A DNA stretch of 64,000 bases from Malacoraja senta. Lineage: Eukaryota. The stretch covers positions 1-64,000 of the forward strand of contig JAXLNO010005746.1 of the NCBI GenBank assembly GCA_038087875.1. Direction: 5' to 3'. Below the pieces are notes generated by a model. The model saw only the letters and a list, made by a program, of their open reading frames with translations, was not told the origin of the DNA and did no database searches. Each line of letters opens with the position of its first letter. Position 1 is the first letter of the stretch. A program made the translations under genes and the position numbers. This document shows positions 59,576 to 64,000 of this stretch, piece by piece.

Positions 59576-62500
59576 AGTAAAAAAAAAAAAAAAGGGGGTA
59601 ATCCTTTAGGACCGAGATGAGAAAAACATTTTTTACACAGAGAGTGGTGAATCTCTGGAATTCTCTGCCACAGAATGTAGTTGAGGCCAGTTCATTGGCT
59701 ATATTTAAGAGGGAGTTAGATGTGGCCCTTGTGGCTAAAGGGATCAGGGGGTATGGAGAGGAAGCAGGTACAGGATACTGAGTTGGATGATCAGCCATGA
59801 TCATATTGAATGGCGGTGCAGGCTCGAAGGGACGAATGGCCTACTCCTGCACCTATTTTCTATGTTTTTATGTTTCTATGCTTGGTTTAGAGATACCGTA
59901 TGGAAACAGGCCCATTGGCCCACCGAGTCCACGCCGACCATTGATCACCTGTACACACAATGTTTAAGAAGGAACTGCAGATGCTGGAACATGAAGGTAG
60001 ACAAAAACGCTGAGTTTCTCCAGCATTTTTGTCTACCTGTACACACTAGTTCTGTTATCCCACTTTTCTCATCCATTCCCTACACATTTGCGACAATCTT
60101 GCAGAGGTATTTAACCTACAAACTCGCATGGATTAGGGATGTGGGAGGAAACCAGAGCACCTGGAGGAAACCCACGAGGTCACAGGGAGAACGTTCAAAC
60201 TCCACACAGACAGCACCCGTAGTCAGGATCAAACCCGGGTCTCTGGCGCTGTGAGGCAGCAGCTAACCGCTGCACCTCCGTGCTGCACTGAAGAGAGAAA
60301 GCAGGCTTGCGAGAGCAGACAGCAGAGCAGCAGGCCAGAGTGACAGCATCTGGAGTGGGAGTTGAACCCACAACACTCTGACTCCGGGTTTTTTTAAATT
60401 TCAAAATATACTTTATTAGAAAAATAAAATATATACAATTCATGATCCTTACAAAACTCCATCCGACATTCTCGGAGGCTAGACATACATTCAATACTGT
60501 TTACACAAATTACACAAATTTACCCCATACCCTTGCCACTCATGTGGCCCACTGGCGTGGGATACCTTCCCTTATTTTGAAGGGCATCTCCACCACACCC
60601 TGCCACAAACTGACCTTTTGCTGGATGTCTACGCTGGCCCATGGTGTGGCTCAAGTAGCCTGGGAAAGTCACCCAAGACACCCTTGAGAGAGAGGGTGAT
60701 GAATTTGTGCCCTAGCCTCAGAATAAAAGGGCATAGTTTGAGAAAGGAGATGAGAACGAATTTCTTTAGTCAGAGGGTGGTGAATCTGTGGAAATCATTG
60801 CGACAGAAGGATGTGGAGGCCAAGTCAAAGGACATTTTTAAGGCGGAGATTGATAGATTCTTGATTAGTACGAGTGTCGGGGGTTATGGGGAGAAGGCAG
60901 GAGAATGGGGTCGAGAGGGAAAGATAGATCAGCCATGATTGATTGAATGGCGGAGTGGATTTGATGGGCCGAATGTCCTAATTCTGCTCTTATAACTTAT
61001 GAACATGATCTGGATTGATCTGATCATCTATCTCCACACAGAGGCTCCTTGATCGTCAGTGGGGAGGGTGTGCTGCCTGTCCTATACCACTGTAGGACAT
61101 AGTGGCAGGGTGAGGGGTGACCTCTGGAACTCAGCTCCAAACATTTTATTTATCGGAGTCGCTGCCTCAAAAAGGCACCAATGTTTGCAGACACTTCTGT
61201 ACATCCTGACATTCACCCAAAAGACAGCAGTACGTAGACTAGAACTCAAAGCTGGCTCTCCAGAATGTGAACTTTTAACTTTATTACCAATAGAATTGCC
61301 GTGTAAAATGCTGCACTTTGAATAATGGTTAAAGTAATCCAATGTAAATGAAGATGGCTGAATTTTGTCATAAGTTCTTAGGTGAAAGGAGTAGAATTAG
61401 GCCATTCGGCCCATCAAGTCTATTGCGCCATTCAATCATGGCTGATCCATCTCTCCCTCCTAACCCCATTCTCCTGCCTTCTCCCCATAACCCGTGACAC
61501 CTGAACTAATTAAGAATCTCTCTATCTCTGCCTTAAAAATATCCACTGACAGCCTCTGTGGCAAAGAATTCCACAGATTCATCACCCTCTGACTAAAGGT
61601 TTATTGAGCAATTCTTTGCAATAATTTCATTTTGCATTGCAACTTGCATTTCAACAGTGCATTAAAGGTGCTGGAAAAGTCTCGAGGTTCTTCACAGCAC
61701 CATTGTCAGGTGGAATTTGGCATCGAATCACATGCTGGTTCGAGATACAGCATGGAAACAGACCCTTCGGCCCACCGAGTCCACGCTGACCATCGATCAC
61801 CTGTTCACACTAGTCCCACGTTACACCGCTTTTGCATGCACTCCCTACACATTGAGTGCAATTCGACAAGAGGGCCAATTAACCTACAGAGCCACACGTT
61901 TTGGGGATGTGGGAGGATGCCGGAGCACCCAGAGGAGACCCACGCGGTCACAGGGAGAACGTGCAAACTCCACACTGATAGCGCCGGAGGTCAGAATTGA
62001 ACCTAGGTCTCTGGTGGTGGTTGCAGTTCCACCTTCAGCAAACCCAACACCACAAATATCACCCAGAACAAGCCTCTCCATCACCAGTGTAGCAGTGTGA
62101 CAACACAATGTGAGCAACTCACAACAAAATAGGTTGAGAAACAGGAAGACACAAGGAAGTACAGATGCAGTGATATCTGATAGTCCGCTCGAGTAGATTG
62201 CAACCCAATGGTGGGAACATTGAATTTTCTAGTGTTAAGTAATTAACCCACAACAATCTTTTCCCCTAATCTCCGTCCCTTTCCACATCTATATATATAT
62301 ATATATATATATATCCTTTCTTCCAGCTTCATATTTCATGCCTCTTCTCTCAATATCTCATATCACCATATCTCACAGCCTTTTATCTTCTTTCCATCTC
62401 TGGCCTTCGTCCACCCATCAGCCAATAACCCTCTCTCCCTCACCTGTATCCACCTATCACTTGCCAGGCTTCAGCCTTCCCCCACCTCTCTCCCAGCTTT

Positions 62501-64000
62501 CTCCCCCCTACTACAATCAGCCTGAAGAAGGGTCCCAACCCAAAACCTTACCTATCCATGTTCTCTGGAGATGCTGCCTGGCCCATTGAGTTACTCCAGC
62601 ATTATATGTCTGTTTTTGAGAAATAGGAAGTTGTGAGGTTGATAAGAAGATTTGAACAACAGTGTAAATATTTTGAAACCAAATCATTGGTTCCACGGGT
62701 TAGGGTTGTTATGACAGTATGCAGGGTGGGTTATCAGATCTGTGAGGTGTGGAGAACCATGGTCAAGTCCAAATCCACCCGCATGTCACAGTGCCAGGGT
62801 GAAGGGTGAGTGGGGCAGAGCAGGGTGGGACACTGGCACCAGAGTTAAACTCATAGTCATATAGTGCAGAAACAGGCCCTTCTTCCCAACTTGACCATGC
62901 TGACCAAACTGCCCACCTACACTTGTAGTAGTGTAGTTACTATATGTAGTGTACTCCAGCAGTATGAACATTGACTTCTCCAATTTCAGGTGGTCCTTGC
63001 TTTCTCCCTCCTTCCCCTTCCCTTCCCAGCTCTCCCACAGCCTACTGTCACCTTCTCTTCCGTTCTTCTTCCTGCCTCCCGCCCCCACCTCCACATCAGT
63101 CTGAAGAAGGATCTCGACCCGAAACATCACCTATTCCTTCGCTCCATAGATGCTGCCTCACCCGCTGAGTTTCTCCAGCATTTTTTACTACCTTCGTTTT
63201 TTCCAGCATCTGCAGTTCTTTCTTAAACCTAAACTAGTTTAGTTTAGTTTAGAGATACAGCGTGGAAACTGGCCCTTCGCCTACCGAGTCCGCACCGAAC
63301 AGTGATCCCACGCATTAACATCCTACATGCACTGGGGACTATTTATACTTATACCAAGCCAACTAACCTACTAACCAATACGTTTTTGGAGTGTGGGAGG
63401 AAACTGAAGATCTCGGAGAAAACCCAGGCGGTCACGGGGAGAACGTACAAACTCCCTAAACAAGAGTGAGGGTTAACTTCTGGATTCACCCTCAGACACA
63501 GACACATTACCTTGGTTTTACAGTAGAAATCCCTTCAAATGCTTTCATGAAGTTCTTTTCCAAAATAATTGCTATATACACAGTCATAGTGTGACTCAGT
63601 GTGGAAACAGGCCCTTCTGCCCAACTTGCCGACACCAGCCAACATGTCCCAGGCCAGCTACACTAGTTCCACCTGCTCGCATTTGCCCCATATCCCTCCA
63701 AACCTGTCCTATCCAAGTACCCTATCTAACTGTATCTAAAACGTTAGGATAGTCCCTGCCTCACTACCTCCTCTGGCAGTTTGTTCCATATACCCACCAC
63801 CCTTTCTGTGAAAAAGTTACCCCTCAGATTCCTATTGAATCTTTTCCCCTTCACATTACACCTATGTCCTCTGGTCCCCGATTCACCTGCACTGGGAAAG
63901 TGACACTGTGCATCTACCCAATCTATTCCTCTTGTAATTTTATACATCTCTATAAGATCACCGCTCATCCTCCTGCGCTCCAAGGAATGGAATCCCAGCC

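Larger units (their letters stand above)
42819..64000 (+). repeat. Segmental duplication copy B (runs off window end)
   Basis: Near-identical to 10451-31629. Confidence 0.95.

Noticed and set aside
5478-63226. Many recurring 60-160 aa ORFs in SINE, Penelope and antisense CR1 sequence
   Set aside because: They recur because the repeats are duplicated; no domain signal or splice logic supports them as host genes.
1-64000. CRISPR arrays, rRNA or prokaryotic systems
   Set aside because: No regular repeat-spacer array or rRNA-like sequence; all content is consistent with vertebrate DNA.

Overview
Vertebrate genomic DNA, most likely a cartilaginous fish such as a skate or ray (inferred from HE1/V-SINE-type SINEs, dense CR1 LINE 3' ends and Penelope-derived repeats). 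The host content is a tandem cluster of multi-exon immune-type receptor genes of the CD300/pIgR/TREM (skate MDIR-like) group. The ORF track shows only their V exons. By reading splice sites I reconstruct two gene models on the + strand, each leader / Ig-V / Ser-Thr stalk / Arg-containing TM / short tail. Gene 1 is join(6843-6939,10172-10495,11812-11896,12822-12929,16237-16339). Gene 2 is join(39147-39243,42540-42863,44180-44264,45190-45297,48605-48707). A probable last exon of a further upstream paralogue lies at 6238-6307. About 10.45-31.6 kb is repeated almost identically at 42.8-64.0 kb (offset ~32,368), with the identity switch at the 3' end of the V exon, which suggests gene 2 is a recent unequal-crossover chimera. 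Older ~12.5-kb and ~6.75-kb duplications are nested in the spacer. Mobile elements: a decayed but terminally complete DIRS1-type tyrosine-recombinase retrotransposon (559-5339, minus; ITR/ICR and five empty paralogous sites give a 2-bp AT crossover core), two copies of an IR/DR Tc1 transposon interrupted by CR1, two full-length-size L1 copies plus one internally deleted derivative, a solo LTR, many CR1 fragments, V-SINEs, and Penelope-type ends with decayed hammerhead-ribozyme motifs. There are no rRNA, tRNA or CRISPR features. All calls come from manual reading; repeat boundaries are approximate unless termini are quoted.
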